Assembly (NCBI GenBank): GCA_029851835.1
Contig: JARKVD010000007.1
Location: 823 to 64,822, forward strand
From: Clostridium sp.
GTDB lineage: Bacteria; Bacillota; Clostridia; Clostridiales; Clostridiaceae
Reading direction: 5' to 3'
DNA length: 64,000 bases
In this document: positions 1-10,772 of the stretch, piece after piece
Numbering within the stretch: position 1 is the stretch's first letter
Layout of the letters: every line of letters starts with the position of its first letter
Program-made: the position numbers and the translations under genes
The notes under the pieces: model-generated
What the model was told of the DNA's origin: nothing
What the model saw: only the letters and a program-made list of their open reading frames with translations
Database searches by the model: none

Positions 1-1418
1 TCTTCAGTATAATCCTTATGCCCATTAAATTTCTCATAAATCTCTTCAATAGATTTTTCATTGAGATATTCAAGCTCCGATTTTATATTCATTACATAAT
101 TTATCAATTCTCTTATTTTAATTCTTCTTTCAAAATCCAAATGATTTAAATGAAGTAATAATTCATCTTCAGTGTAGGAAGCTTTCTTTTCCTTGTACCA
201 GCTTTCTATTTCTCTAAAGGCTTCATCTCTTGCATCTCTGATTTTAGCAAATAAAATTCTTTTTATCTTTTTTGCACGTCTAAATAAAGGCAAACTAATT
301 AATTCTACTTGAAGCATTTTATTTATCTCTTCTTTAGAAGCTATAACCTTATCTTTAAATACCACATCCTTAATATCATATCCATTTGTCTTCAATTCGC
401 TGATCAAATTATCTAGGTCTTCTTTAAATTTTGAACTTCTTTTATATTTAATTGTTTTCTCTAATTCTTTGTCTCCACTAAGAATTCTTTCCATTACCGT
501 TTTTATATCAATGGCATCATCTACATCTATCATATCTAGAGCTAAGTCTAAAAATGTAGTTTGATATATTCCTGTTTCCCCTAATGTTGGAAGAACATTG
601 GAAATATAATCTATAAATATCCTGTTAGGCCCTAAGATCAATACCTTGTTCTCAATTAGCTTTCTATAATTATAAATTAGATATGCCACCCTATGAAGGG
701 CAATAGTTGTTTTCCCACTTCCTGCAACTCCGTCAACCACAACTATTTTATTTTTATCTTGTCTTATAATATCATCTTGTTCTTTTTGAATGGTCATGAT
801 GATATCTTTTAGCTTATCTGAAGAATTTTTACTTAAAACCATTTGAAGCATATCATCTTTGATTTCTATATTAGAATTAAACAGCCCTTCTAACTTTCCT
901 TTTTTGATTATATACTGCATTCTTCCAAGAATCGATACATATATTTCTCCATTAGGCGAAGTGTAATGTCCTTCATCACCAGTTCCATTATAAAATAAAG
1001 CAGCTATAGGAGCTCTCCAGTCTACAACAAGTGGTTCAAAAGTTTCTTCTAATGTTACCCCAAATCTTCCAATATAAATATCTTCAATACCAAAATCATC
1101 TTCTCTAAAAGTTATTTTTCCAAAGTATGGTGAAGGCTTTAAAATTGTTAATTCTTTAAGCTTTTTATCTGTACTTTTAAAACTTTCTTCCTTAATGTAA
1201 TTTTCATGATCAAAATACTCTATTATTTTATCTTCATCATCTTTATACTCTTCAAGAATATTTTTTCTATATTCTAAAATTGTATTAGTTATATATTGTC
1301 TTTTTTCAATACATCTTAAAATTTCATCATTGATTATTTCAATAACTTCTTTTAACTTTTCTTCCTCTAGTCCAAATTGTAATTGTTTTTCTATTTCACT
1401 TCTTATTCCCTCTGTCAT
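1..1418 (-). CDS. helD: HelD/UvrD-like RNA polymerase recycling ATPase (runs off the window start, C-terminus missing)
   Basis: Manual translation from ATG 1418 with RBS AAGGAG: SPYFGKI, YIGRFG, VVDWRAPIA, Walker A VDGVAGSGKTTIALHRVAYL, ILGPNRIF. Confidence 0.8.
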   Translation of the reverse strand, partial: MTEGIRSEIEKQLQFGLEEEKLKEVIEIINDEILRCIEKRQYITNTILEYRKNILEEYKDDEDKIIEYFDHENYIKEESFKSTDKKLKELTILKPSPYFGKITFREDDFGIEDIYIGRFGVTLEETFEPLVVDWRAPIAALFYNGTGDEGHYTSPNGEIYVSILGRMQYIIKKGKLEGLFNSNIEIKDDMLQMVLSKNSSDKLKDIIMTIQKEQDDIIRQDKNKIVVVDGVAGSGKTTIALHRVAYLIYNYRKLIENKVLILGPNRIFIDYISNVLPTLGETGIYQTTFLDLALDMIDVDDAIDIKTVMERILSGDKELEKTIKYKRSSKFKEDLDNLISELKTNGYDIKDVVFKDKVIASKEEINKMLQVELISLPLFRRAKKIKRILFAKIRDARDEAFREIESWYKEKKASYTEDELLLHLNHLDFERRIKIRELINYVMNIKSELEYLNEKSIEEIYEKFNGHKDYTE

Positions 1419-1434
1419 AAAATCACTCTCCTTA

Positions 1435-1724
1435 AATGAGCATCCAAATCTTTGATTTGGTCTATGCGAATTTACTCCACCGAACGTATGTGAGGCGGAG
1501 TTTCCTTTTAAATACATCAAATCTTTGATTTGGCTAAGGCGAACTTACTCCTTCGAATGTATATGAGAAAAAGTTTCCTTTAAAATTACATCAAATCTTT
1601 GATTTGGTCTATGCGAATTTACTCCTTCGAATGTATATGAGAAGGAGTTTCCTTTAAAACAATCTAAATCTTTGATTTAGTTATTCGAACTTACTCCTTC
1701 CAATGCACATGAGAAGAAGCTTCC
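1435..1724 (+). repeat. Four tandem copies (73-74 bp period) of a two-hairpin REP/MITE-like element
   Basis: Units resemble CCAAATC-TTT-GATTTGG ... GAAyTTACTCCTTC ... GAGAAGGAGTTTCC; AAATC anchors at 1446, 1519, 1593, 1666. Confidence 0.9.
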
Positions 1725-1800
1725 TCAAGATTATTTTTCTTTATAATAAGAATCACAGACATTAGGCCTTAAGCCCTATGTCTGCAATCCTTCATTTTAA

Positions 1801-2892
1801 TTATAATATTTCTTCCCAGCCTCTTATTTCTTTTATTCCGAGACCTGGCTCTTCTGGCAGCATAATTCTATTTCCTTCAAATGTTACTCCACCTACAATT
1901 GGATCATCAGCAAAGTATATTATTGTGTCAAGATCTGCAATTATCATGTTCCCCTTTGAAGCTGCAAAGCTAGCTGCTGCAGTTATTCCTATTTTACTTT
2001 CAAGCATGCATCCTACCATACATCTAATTCCCATGGTGTCTGCCATATTGTATATTTTTGTGGCATTCTGAAGGCCGCCACATTTCATAAGTTTAATATT
2101 AATTAAGTCACAAGCTCTATCTTGTATAACTTTAAAAGCTTCTGGTGAGCCAAATACAGATTCATCAGCCACAATCATTGTATCTACATTATCCTTGATA
2201 AACCTTAATCCCTGAACATCCCAAGCCTTCACTGGCTGTTCAACAAACTCTATATCTAAATCTAACTGTTCCATTTTTTTTATCAATCTAACTGCTTCCT
2301 TAGGTGTCCATCCCTGATTTCCATCAACTCTTATCTTAACCCCTTTAGGAATTGCGCGTCTTATAAATTTTACTTTTTCAAAATCTGAATCAATATTATT
2401 ACCAAGCTTTATTTTTATGTGAGTATATCCGTCTCTTGTAGCTTCATAAGCCGCATTCACCATATTTTCCATTTTCGCATCATCCGTAATGGTCATGTCC
2501 GTAATTATGCTAGAATTAAAACCACCTAAAAGTTTGTATAAAGGTATTCCAAGATGCTTACTCCAAAGATCATAGATAGCTATTTCTACTGCCGCTTTAG
2601 CACTATTATTACCCCTAATACACTCGTCCATAACTTTTAAAACATATTGAAAGCATGTAAGGTCTAATCCCTTAATATTTTCTGCAATATGTTTTATAGC
2701 TCCAACAATAGAACTTTCTGTTTCACCAGTAACTCTTGGAGCAGGAGCTGCACTTCCTATTCCAATGATTCCATTTGAAGCATATATTTTAACAACAACT
2801 TCATTTGAATAATTGTATACTCCATGTTTAGTCTTAAATGGTTTCTTCAAAGGCACTGTAATTCTGCCTACTTTAATATCCTCAATAATCAT
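1801..2892 (-). CDS. Dipeptide (L-Ala-D/L-Glu) epimerase, enolase superfamily
   Basis: KIKLG, RVDGNQGW, EQPV, ADESV, NIKLMKCGG, GCMLES, DLD motifs. Confidence 0.88.
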   Translation of the reverse strand: MIIEDIKVGRITVPLKKPFKTKHGVYNYSNEVVVKIYASNGIIGIGSAAPAPRVTGETESSIVGAIKHIAENIKGLDLTCFQYVLKVMDECIRGNNSAKAAVEIAIYDLWSKHLGIPLYKLLGGFNSSIITDMTITDDAKMENMVNAAYEATRDGYTHIKIKLGNNIDSDFEKVKFIRRAIPKGVKIRVDGNQGWTPKEAVRLIKKMEQLDLDIEFVEQPVKAWDVQGLRFIKDNVDTMIVADESVFGSPEAFKVIQDRACDLINIKLMKCGGLQNATKIYNMADTMGIRCMVGCMLESKIGITAAASFAASKGNMIIADLDTIIYFADDPIVGGVTFEGNRIMLPEEPGLGIKEIRGWEEIL

Positions 2893-3080
2893 TTCTTTAC
2901 CTCTACTATTGAAAAATTTTACTATTATATATTTATTCTTCTGTTATTAAAATAACTATGAAAACACAAGAATATCCATAAATATCACAAAAATTTTCTT
3001 ATAAAATGCTCATATTTATAGAAATTATTAGCTTGGTTCAACTAATTATTATACACCATAGAGTAAATCAGTCAAGATTA

Positions 3081-3455
3081 TTAGGCTTGAATAATTTGAA
3101 GCTTTATCCATTTTTTTCTTAATATATATCTTATAAATAACACTAACCTTTCAATAGCTACCTCTTGTGTATCGCCGCATACTTCAGCCATTTCTAAAGC
3201 AATTTCATATATATTTTTTTTACCATCAATAAGAAGCCATGCAGCTGAAGACTTTTCATCTAATTCTATATCACTTACATTGCTTTTATTAGCGAGCCAT
3301 CGAGCAAATTTTTCTACTAGCTTATTATGTTCAAAATACAATGTAACTATATTTTTATCATCTACATTATAATCTTTATGTATTATCACAGGAACATACA
3401 TAAGAAAATTATTTTCTTCTACTTTACCTATTTTTGAATTACTTTTTCCATTCAT
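3081..3455 (-). CDS. PqqD-family (RRE-like) protein
   Basis: IELDEKSSAAWLLIDGKKNIYEIA...ERLVLFIRYILRKKWI pattern. Confidence 0.75.
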   Translation of the reverse strand: MNGKSNSKIGKVEENNFLMYVPVIIHKDYNVDDKNIVTLYFEHNKLVEKFARWLANKSNVSDIELDEKSSAAWLLIDGKKNIYEIALEMAEVCGDTQEVAIERLVLFIRYILRKKWIKLQIIQA

Positions 3456-3530
3456 TTAAATCACCTATAAATTAGTTAAGAGCCTAATAGGCTCTTAACA
3501 TTATTATCTAATATTGTATCCAAAAAAATT

Positions 3531-5450
3531 TTATTTATCTTTCTTACAAGAAATTGAGTAAATAAGTATTCCTAATGCTATAAAAATAACTGTAGCAAAT
3601 ACTGGACTTTGAGTTAAACCTGGAAGTATTTTTGTTCCAAATGCAACATCTAATCCTAAGGTAGCAAATCCAGCAACCACAATTCCCATTAAAGCATCTC
3701 CTGCTACTAAACCTGAAGAAAGCAAAATACCTTTTTCTATTTTAGACTTCATCATATTTTCATCATTTTTGAACTTTCTCTCAACTAAAGTTCTAATTAT
3801 TCCACCAAATAAAATTCCTGCACTTAAATGTATTGGTAAATATAATCCAAGAGCCACTGGAAGAACTGGAAGTCCTGCTAACTCTACGAATACTGCAATA
3901 GAGATTCCAACAAACACTAACACCCAAGGTAATTCTCCAGTCATAACTCCTTCAATAACCATTGACATTAAAGTTGCTTGTGGTGCTGGAACTGATTCTG
4001 AGCCTATACCATAAGTATTATTAAGCATTAAAAGTACTACCCCTGCTACTACCGCTCCAAAAATTAGTCCAAAATACATTCCTATTTGAACATTCTTTGG
4101 TGAACCACCAATAATAAATGTAGTTTTTAAACTTTGAGCAGTTCCACCTGCAACTGCAATAGCAACACAAATAACACCAGCCACAAGAACGGCAGTTACC
4201 ATCCCCTTTTGACCTACATTTCCAGTTAACTTTAAAACAGCTGTAACAAATAAAAGAGTAGCAATTGTCATTCCTGATACTGGATTGTTTGATGCACCAA
4301 TTATTCCTACCATCCTTGCAGATACAACAGCAAAGAAGAATGAGAATATAATTATCATTATCCCCCCAAGGAATCCTGCATTAACTTGCGGTAATATCCA
4401 TGATAAAACAAATACCAAAATTGCTGCACCAATAACCCATGTAATTGGTGGTTCTTCGTTAATCCTTGTTACTTTAGCACCATCTTTTTTACCTAAACCA
4501 GCCATTGCTGATTTAAATGATTTAATAATAGTTGGAGCTGACTTACCTAAAGATATAAATCCACCTGCTGCAACTGCTCCAGCTCCTATGTACCTTATGT
4601 ATTCACTCCATATATCGGAAGCGCCCATTTCTGATATTAACTGTGTTGAAGGAAATAATGGCTCTGTAAGACCTGCTCCTATGTATTTAATAAGTGGTAT
4701 TAATCCCATCCAAGCAACAACAGCTCCACCAAACATATATAAAGAAGCTTCAGTTCCTACAATAAATCCTACTCCTAAAAGTGAAGCTAAAGCATCTATT
4801 CCAAATACTGCCCCTTGATAAGATTTAATAACCCACTCAGGTCTTTCACTCCACAGAGCAAATCCACCAGATGCAAGTTTGTATCCTCCACCAATTCCGA
4901 GTCCTAAAAGTACCATTTTAAATCCACTTCCGCCTTCACTTCCGTTAACTAAAACTTCCGCTGCAGCCATAGATTCTGGATAAACTAATTGTCCATGCTC
5001 CTCCACAATTAAAAACTTTCTAAGAGGTGTAACAAAAAATATCCCTACAAGCCCTCCTAATAAAGTTACAACTACGATAGTTGAAGTTTTCAATTCCAAT
5101 CCCCATAATATTATTGCTGGAAGGATATATATAATTCCACCTGCTATAGATTCTCCAACAGCCGCTATTGAAGCAACCATATTAGCCTCTAGTATATTAT
5201 TTCTTTTAAATAACCCCTTTAATAAACCAGTAGCAAGTATAGCTCCTGGAATACCAGCTGCAATTGTAAGACCTACTTTCAATCCAAGATAAGTATTAGC
5301 TGCAGCAAATATCATGGCAAATACTGCCCCCATAATTATTGAATAAATACTTAATTCCGGCATAGCTTGAGATGTTGGAATAAACGGTATATATTCTTCT
5401 CCCTTTGTTCCACCATAGGCACTATGCGATAATTTTTTTCTTTCGTCCAT
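3531..5450 (-). CDS. OPT-family oligopeptide transporter
   Basis: YLGLKVGLTI, YPESMA, SNNPVSGM, LKTTFIIG, APQATLM; many TM helices. Confidence 0.92.
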   Translation of the reverse strand: MDERKKLSHSAYGGTKGEEYIPFIPTSQAMPELSIYSIIMGAVFAMIFAAANTYLGLKVGLTIAAGIPGAILATGLLKGLFKRNNILEANMVASIAAVGESIAGGIIYILPAIILWGLELKTSTIVVVTLLGGLVGIFFVTPLRKFLIVEEHGQLVYPESMAAAEVLVNGSEGGSGFKMVLLGLGIGGGYKLASGGFALWSERPEWVIKSYQGAVFGIDALASLLGVGFIVGTEASLYMFGGAVVAWMGLIPLIKYIGAGLTEPLFPSTQLISEMGASDIWSEYIRYIGAGAVAAGGFISLGKSAPTIIKSFKSAMAGLGKKDGAKVTRINEEPPITWVIGAAILVFVLSWILPQVNAGFLGGIMIIIFSFFFAVVSARMVGIIGASNNPVSGMTIATLLFVTAVLKLTGNVGQKGMVTAVLVAGVICVAIAVAGGTAQSLKTTFIIGGSPKNVQIGMYFGLIFGAVVAGVVLLMLNNTYGIGSESVPAPQATLMSMVIEGVMTGELPWVLVFVGISIAVFVELAGLPVLPVALGLYLPIHLSAGILFGGIIRTLVERKFKNDENMMKSKIEKGILLSSGLVAGDALMGIVVAGFATLGLDVAFGTKILPGLTQSPVFATVIFIALGILIYSISCKKDK

Positions 5451-5671
5451 GGTACTTTCCTCCTATGTATGCAATATATAAATATAAATCCATTTAATTT
5501 TAACATATTTCGACATTTTTAAAATGCTTTTAAATTTATTTGTTATTTTCAGTAAATTTTTTATATTATTTCTTAATTTTTTTAACTTTCATTCCATATG
5601 ATAATCACTAGAAGTCTTAAATAAAAAAGCATTAAAGAAAAGAATTTCTTCTTCTCTTTAATGCTAAAATT

Positions 5672-6199
5672 TTATTTTAACTTTCCTATTCGATTAAATG
5701 GAAAAATAGTAAACTTTGCTTCACCTTTAATATCATCAAAATTAATATAAGGATTATTCCAATATCTAGCATCAATTGAATCCCCTCGATTATCTCCTAA
5801 AAACAAATAGCAATTTTCTGGTATTACAAACACTCCCTGTTTATCTCCTGGATTTTTAACATACTCTTCAACTAAATATTCTCCATTTATATATACACTT
5901 CCATCAGCTTGTATTTCAACTGTTTCTCCAGGCAATCCTACAACTCTTTTTATTAAATCTTTGTCTACTTCCTCTGAATAAAAAACTAATATGTCACCTC
6001 TTTTAATTGACGACTCTCTATATGTTCTTAATGTAAAAATTTTATCTCCTGGTTTAATAGTTGGATTCATTGATCCTGTTGGCACACCTACATTAAAAAA
6101 TATAAATTTATTTATTAAAACGGCTAATATAACTGCAACAATAACTGGTGCTGCCCATTCCTTAAAAAATCTTATCACTTTTACGCCCCCTAAATTCAT
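5672..6199 (-). CDS. lepB: Signal peptidase I
   Basis: GSMNPT, LIKRVVG, GDNRGDSIDAR. Confidence 0.92.
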   Translation of the reverse strand: MNLGGVKVIRFFKEWAAPVIVAVILAVLINKFIFFNVGVPTGSMNPTIKPGDKIFTLRTYRESSIKRGDILVFYSEEVDKDLIKRVVGLPGETVEIQADGSVYINGEYLVEEYVKNPGDKQGVFVIPENCYLFLGDNRGDSIDARYWNNPYINFDDIKGEAKFTIFPFNRIGKLK

Positions 6200-6421
6200 G
6201 GATTGAATATATCATATTAATATTACCATATTTTATTTAAAAATTACCATATTATCATATAATATTTTTCCTTAGTACAATTTACAAAGAAGTTAAACAT
6301 TTAGATAATGAGTGCAAAACATACCTACTATTTAATTTCAAAAACTGTAGATACTAATATTATATAAAGATTATTTAACTTTAAGTGAACTTACTCATTC
6401 TAATGTATAGGAGGTAATATT

Positions 6422-7153
6422 TTGATTAATAGAAGGATTAATTCATCTGATGTTGATGAAGATTTATCATATATAAAAACAACATATAATTTGCCACCCT
6501 CTATTAAAGCAAATTGTGAAAAGAACTGTATAAAATCAATAAAAAATATTACCTTAGTTCCTCGATGTGGAACACATAATAACTTTAAATTTAAAGAAGA
6601 GGTTATTATTTATATAATAAGTGGTTCTTTACTATACTCTGATAATATAGGTAATACAAAAGAACTTACTAGGGGAAATATACTTTATATCAATGCTGGA
6701 CAAGGTATAACTTATGAAATTTTCAACAAAGGTTGTGATTTAGTTGATTTTATAGAAATTAACACTGAACCTTACATGTCTACTGATGCAAAAGTTAAAA
6801 CTCAAATTGAATATTATACACCTAAAGTATTACATTCAATTGAAGAAAATATTCCTGAAAACCAATGGAAATATAGAATTAGCTCAAAATATGGACTTGC
6901 TCCTATAAAATCCTATTGTGATATAAATATTTATTCATTAACTTTAAATTCTGATGAAATTACAGATTTTAAAGTTAATAAAAATAGGCAGGCATACTTA
7001 CTACAAGGTTTTGGAGGAAGTATATTTAAAGGATTTAACACAAAGGAAGAGCTTACATTAGTTGGTTCGGATGGTTTAAAAATAAATGATGAAATTTTTG
7101 AGATAAAAAGTCATATTAATAGTAATTTTCTATTCATTGAAACCTTCAGTTAA
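6422..7153 (+). CDS. Pirin-like bicupin, apparently lacking the metal-binding His set
   Basis: YIISGSLLYSDNIGN, INAGQGITYEIFN, NRQAYL; TTG start with GGAGG RBS. Confidence 0.65.
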   Translation: MINRRINSSDVDEDLSYIKTTYNLPPSIKANCEKNCIKSIKNITLVPRCGTHNNFKFKEEVIIYIISGSLLYSDNIGNTKELTRGNILYINAGQGITYEIFNKGCDLVDFIEINTEPYMSTDAKVKTQIEYYTPKVLHSIEENIPENQWKYRISSKYGLAPIKSYCDINIYSLTLNSDEITDFKVNKNRQAYLLQGFGGSIFKGFNTKEELTLVGSDGLKINDEIFEIKSHINSNFLFIETFS

Positions 7154-7243
7154 AATTACAGATGAAGAATGAGAGAGAAAAATTCATGTAGGAACTCCTA
7201 TTGGAGTTCCTTTTAATATTTATCTACAACATATTAATTTACA

Positions 7244-8353
7244 TTAAAACTTAAACTTTATCAAATTTGTATCTTTAGCAAAGTTCATAAAATTATATAA
7301 AACTAAAGTATTATCAAATTTTTCTTTCTTTATGTAGTCAGATAACTTTAACATAAAAGATCTTAAATCTACCACATGAATTTCTTCATAGTTTTGTGTT
7401 AAAAATGGAATCATTGAATTTGCAAAAGAATCTTTTATAACAAGAAGTTTCTTACCATTATTCAGCTCTTTATTCTTAATAATAGTTAGTGGATTGTTTC
7501 CTCTTAGATATATTGAATACTTATCTCTAGCACTTAAATAAGACAGATCATAAAGAGTATCAAACTGCTCATCACCAATACTCATCTCTATATTAGGTAT
7601 ATCATAGTAAGTCAGCTCATCTGGTTCACCATTGAATGGTTTAGCCTTAGAAAAAAAAGTTCCATAGAAATCTTCAACAGTATTTTCTTTTAAACTGTTT
7701 AAATCAATCACTTCACTTCCTGTAGTTTCAATATATTTTTTATATGCCAGGTATACCCCTTTAATATTCCAATGATGATCTGTTTTATAATAAAGTCCTT
7801 CTTCCTTATTTTTATTAAACAAAGATAAAACATCCACCTCTGTACCATTTTCAAGTCTTGAATAAATATATTCTATCTCTTTTTCCTGATCTATAAGAGG
7901 AGCACCTTCCGGAAGCTTTTCCTTATATACTTGATAAGAACTTGGTACAATCATTAATAATACGTCACTATCAACAGCTTTTGCATTGTTTATAAAAATA
8001 TCTAATGCATTAATATTTGTATTAAGTCTATCTTTATCTAAAACATCAAATTTATCAAAAAGATAATTATCCTTTCCATAAATAACATGATTATTTTCAA
8101 TCTTACCAAGGACATATTCACTTCTTGATTTAAGATCTATCCATAAATCTCTTCCAATAAATTGATCATTTATATATTCTTCATACTTTTTCGTAAAGGT
8201 GCCATTAATTGCTCCTGCAAATGTAAACTTAACTTTATGAGCCAAATTTCTGTTTTCTAATTCTGAAAATGTTTTTTCCGGACTTAGTAAATCCAAAATA
8301 GTTAACAGAAATAATATACCTATAAAGACATATAATAAAGGGTTTTTCTTCAT
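7244..8353 (-). CDS. DHHW-family (AlgJ/AlgX-like) O-acyltransferase partner
   Basis: YYKTDHHWN, IKDSFAN; start moved to ATG 8353 behind a GGAGGG RBS. Confidence 0.85.
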   Translation of the reverse strand: MKKNPLLYVFIGILFLLTILDLLSPEKTFSELENRNLAHKVKFTFAGAINGTFTKKYEEYINDQFIGRDLWIDLKSRSEYVLGKIENNHVIYGKDNYLFDKFDVLDKDRLNTNINALDIFINNAKAVDSDVLLMIVPSSYQVYKEKLPEGAPLIDQEKEIEYIYSRLENGTEVDVLSLFNKNKEEGLYYKTDHHWNIKGVYLAYKKYIETTGSEVIDLNSLKENTVEDFYGTFFSKAKPFNGEPDELTYYDIPNIEMSIGDEQFDTLYDLSYLSARDKYSIYLRGNNPLTIIKNKELNNGKKLLVIKDSFANSMIPFLTQNYEEIHVVDLRSFMLKLSDYIKKEKFDNTLVLYNFMNFAKDTNLIKFKF

Positions 8354-8363
8354 AATCTCCCTC

Positions 8364-9740
8364 CTAAAATCTAAAATATAAAAATGGATTATAAGTTGAA
8401 TCAACTAAGTATGCTACTGCAACAATGAAAATCAAAATCATTACAATAGTATTAACAATTTTATTTCTCACTAATTTTTTATATAAATTCCCAATTAACG
8501 GTGTTGAAAATACTATGGCTAAAGCTAATGTAACTCCGTAATTTCTTAAATAGTACCTCCAATCTGTACCTCCATTAAAATTAAACATAGTAATCATTAA
8601 CTCTTTCAACCTTGCTAAATCTGTTACCGCAAATAAAGCCCAACCTATAATCAAGAAAAATATTACATATACGTGAGAAATTATTTTATACTCATTTAAA
8701 ATCTTTATAAATCCTAATTTTTCTATAGAAATTAAAATAAAGAAAAGAAGTCCCCACATAATAAAATTATAACTTGCTCCATGCCAGAAACCAGTTAAAA
8801 ACCAAACCATAAATAAATTAAATACTACTCTTCCCTTTGAAGTCCTATTACCTCCCATAGGGATATATACATATTCTCTAAACCAAGATCCTAAAGTAAT
8901 ATGCCACCTTCTCCAAAACTCCGACATACTCCTAGAGATATATGGATAATTAAAGTTCCTTGGGAAATTGAATCCAAGCACCTTTCCTAGTCCAATTGCC
9001 ATTAATGAATATCCACTAAAATCAAAATATATTTGAAGCCCAAATGCAATTATACCTAGCCACGCAAGAGGTGTTGATACCGCTGCAAATCCTAATGCCT
9101 CTACTTCTGTCCAAAGCATGCCTATATTATTTGCAATAAGCACTTTTCTTCCCAATCCAATTATAAATAATTCTATTCCTTCTTCGATTTGATCTCTATG
9201 GATAATTCTTTCCTTTAACTCTTTATTTATATCTGTATACTTAACAATTGGACCAGCAATCAACTGTGGAAATAAGCATACGAAAGCTCCAAAATTAATA
9301 ATATTTTTCTCTGCCCGTACATTTCCTCTATAGACATCAATAGTATAAGACATAGTTTGGAAGGTGTAAAAACTTATTCCCAATGGTAATGTTACCTTCA
9401 CATGGTTAAATGCTAAGTTAAAAATACTATTAACATTATCTATAAAAAAGTTGAAATACTTAAAGAAAAATAACATTCCTAAATTAAAACAGATGGAAAT
9501 CCATAAGAAAACTAATGTTACCTTCTTTTTCTCTCTATACTTCTCTATTCCAAGACTTGCAAAGTAATCAACAAATATAGATGCAAACATAATAAATATA
9601 TATTTTATTTCACCCCAAGAATAAAATATTAAGCTTAAAATTAAAAGAGTAAAATTTTTATATTTTTTAGGGGTTAAAAAATATAATACAAGTGCTGCCG
9701 GTAAAAATCTAAATATAAACAATATACTACTAAAAACCAT
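8364..9740 (-). CDS. MBOAT O-acyltransferase (AlgI/PatA/DltB-like)
   Basis: LPLGISFYTFQ, FPQLIAGPI, DFSGYS, EFWRRWHITL, GFWHGA. Confidence 0.93.
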   Translation of the reverse strand: MVFSSILFIFRFLPAALVLYFLTPKKYKNFTLLILSLIFYSWGEIKYIFIMFASIFVDYFASLGIEKYREKKKVTLVFLWISICFNLGMLFFFKYFNFFIDNVNSIFNLAFNHVKVTLPLGISFYTFQTMSYTIDVYRGNVRAEKNIINFGAFVCLFPQLIAGPIVKYTDINKELKERIIHRDQIEEGIELFIIGLGRKVLIANNIGMLWTEVEALGFAAVSTPLAWLGIIAFGLQIYFDFSGYSLMAIGLGKVLGFNFPRNFNYPYISRSMSEFWRRWHITLGSWFREYVYIPMGGNRTSKGRVVFNLFMVWFLTGFWHGASYNFIMWGLLFFILISIEKLGFIKILNEYKIISHVYVIFFLIIGWALFAVTDLARLKELMITMFNFNGGTDWRYYLRNYGVTLALAIVFSTPLIGNLYKKLVRNKIVNTIVMILIFIVAVAYLVDSTYNPFLYFRF

Positions 9741-9904
9741 TTCTGCTCCTTTATTAAGCTGTGTCCAAAGCTCTTCTTTGAATCACATCAATTTCTCATA
9801 TACTTAATAATCAAAATCTTTTACTCAACTATATATCATAAAATGCCTCAAAAATGCATATAAATACACTTTTAAGGCATTAAACCATATATTACTCTAA
9901 GCTC

Positions 9905-10411
9905 TTATTTTAAAGCATCCTTTATTATATTAGCTGCTTTCTCTGAAAAATTAGTTCCTGTACCTTCATAATCTGGAACTACAGTTAGTATTACATAGTT
10001 TCCTACAACTTCTAATGCCGCACCTTCAACTGCTTCTGGCTCACCTGGATATAAAGCTAATGCTTTTAAATCCTTTAAGTATTCTTCTAAAGAAGCTTTT
10101 ACAGCATCTACTTTTCCCTCTTTAGCTTTTATTACAGCTACTGTCTCAAGACCAGTATTTATCATACCTTTTTGTATAGTATATTCTTCAATATCATCAA
10201 GATTTAAATGGAAAGTAGTTTCAGCTAATTCCCCCTCAACTGGACCCAATGCTCTCATTTGTATTTCTTTACTTTCCACTACTGTATTCACTAAATCAGC
10301 TGTTGGCACATCTTTAGCAGATGAAGAATCTCCACCCTTACTTCCACATCCTACTAACCCTAAAATCATTACTCCAGCTAAAATAGCACTAAGTATTTTT
10401 TTCATAATCAA
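9905..10411 (-). CDS. DUF4358-like lipoprotein
   Basis: Lipobox LVGC; position upstream of MBOAT-DHHW is typical of DUF4358. Confidence 0.7.
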   Translation of the reverse strand: MIMKKILSAILAGVMILGLVGCGSKGGDSSSAKDVPTADLVNTVVESKEIQMRALGPVEGELAETTFHLNLDDIEEYTIQKGMINTGLETVAVIKAKEGKVDAVKASLEEYLKDLKALALYPGEPEAVEGAALEVVGNYVILTVVPDYEGTGTNFSEKAANIIKDALK

Positions 10412-10772
10412 TCGTTCCTCCTCAAAATTCTGTCTTTGTGATTATTTCATTATTTATACGTAAATAAAATCCTATCGTATCATATATCTTTTTATTTTAT
10501 TATACTTTTTACTTTTTTCTCTTCTTTTCCTATAATAACAGTTGCATTCTCCATTCCTTGTAATATTTTTTCATTTCTTGCCATCTATTTTGTCTTTAGA
10601 AGGATTTATTCCTTCTCTGAAGAATACTTTATCTAATTAAATCTAACTTGCCCTTTTTACTAAGTTTTATGTTATTTTATATAGTTTCTTATCTGCACGA
10701 ATAGAAACTACCCTTACATAAGTGATTTATAAAAAACATATAAATAGTAAAAGGCATTTCTTTGGAGGTACT

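Noticed and set aside
1435-1724. CRISPR or TIGR-like array
   Set aside because: Units are similar along their whole length with no unique spacers, no cas/tas gene is nearby, and the same unit is dispersed elsewhere in the window
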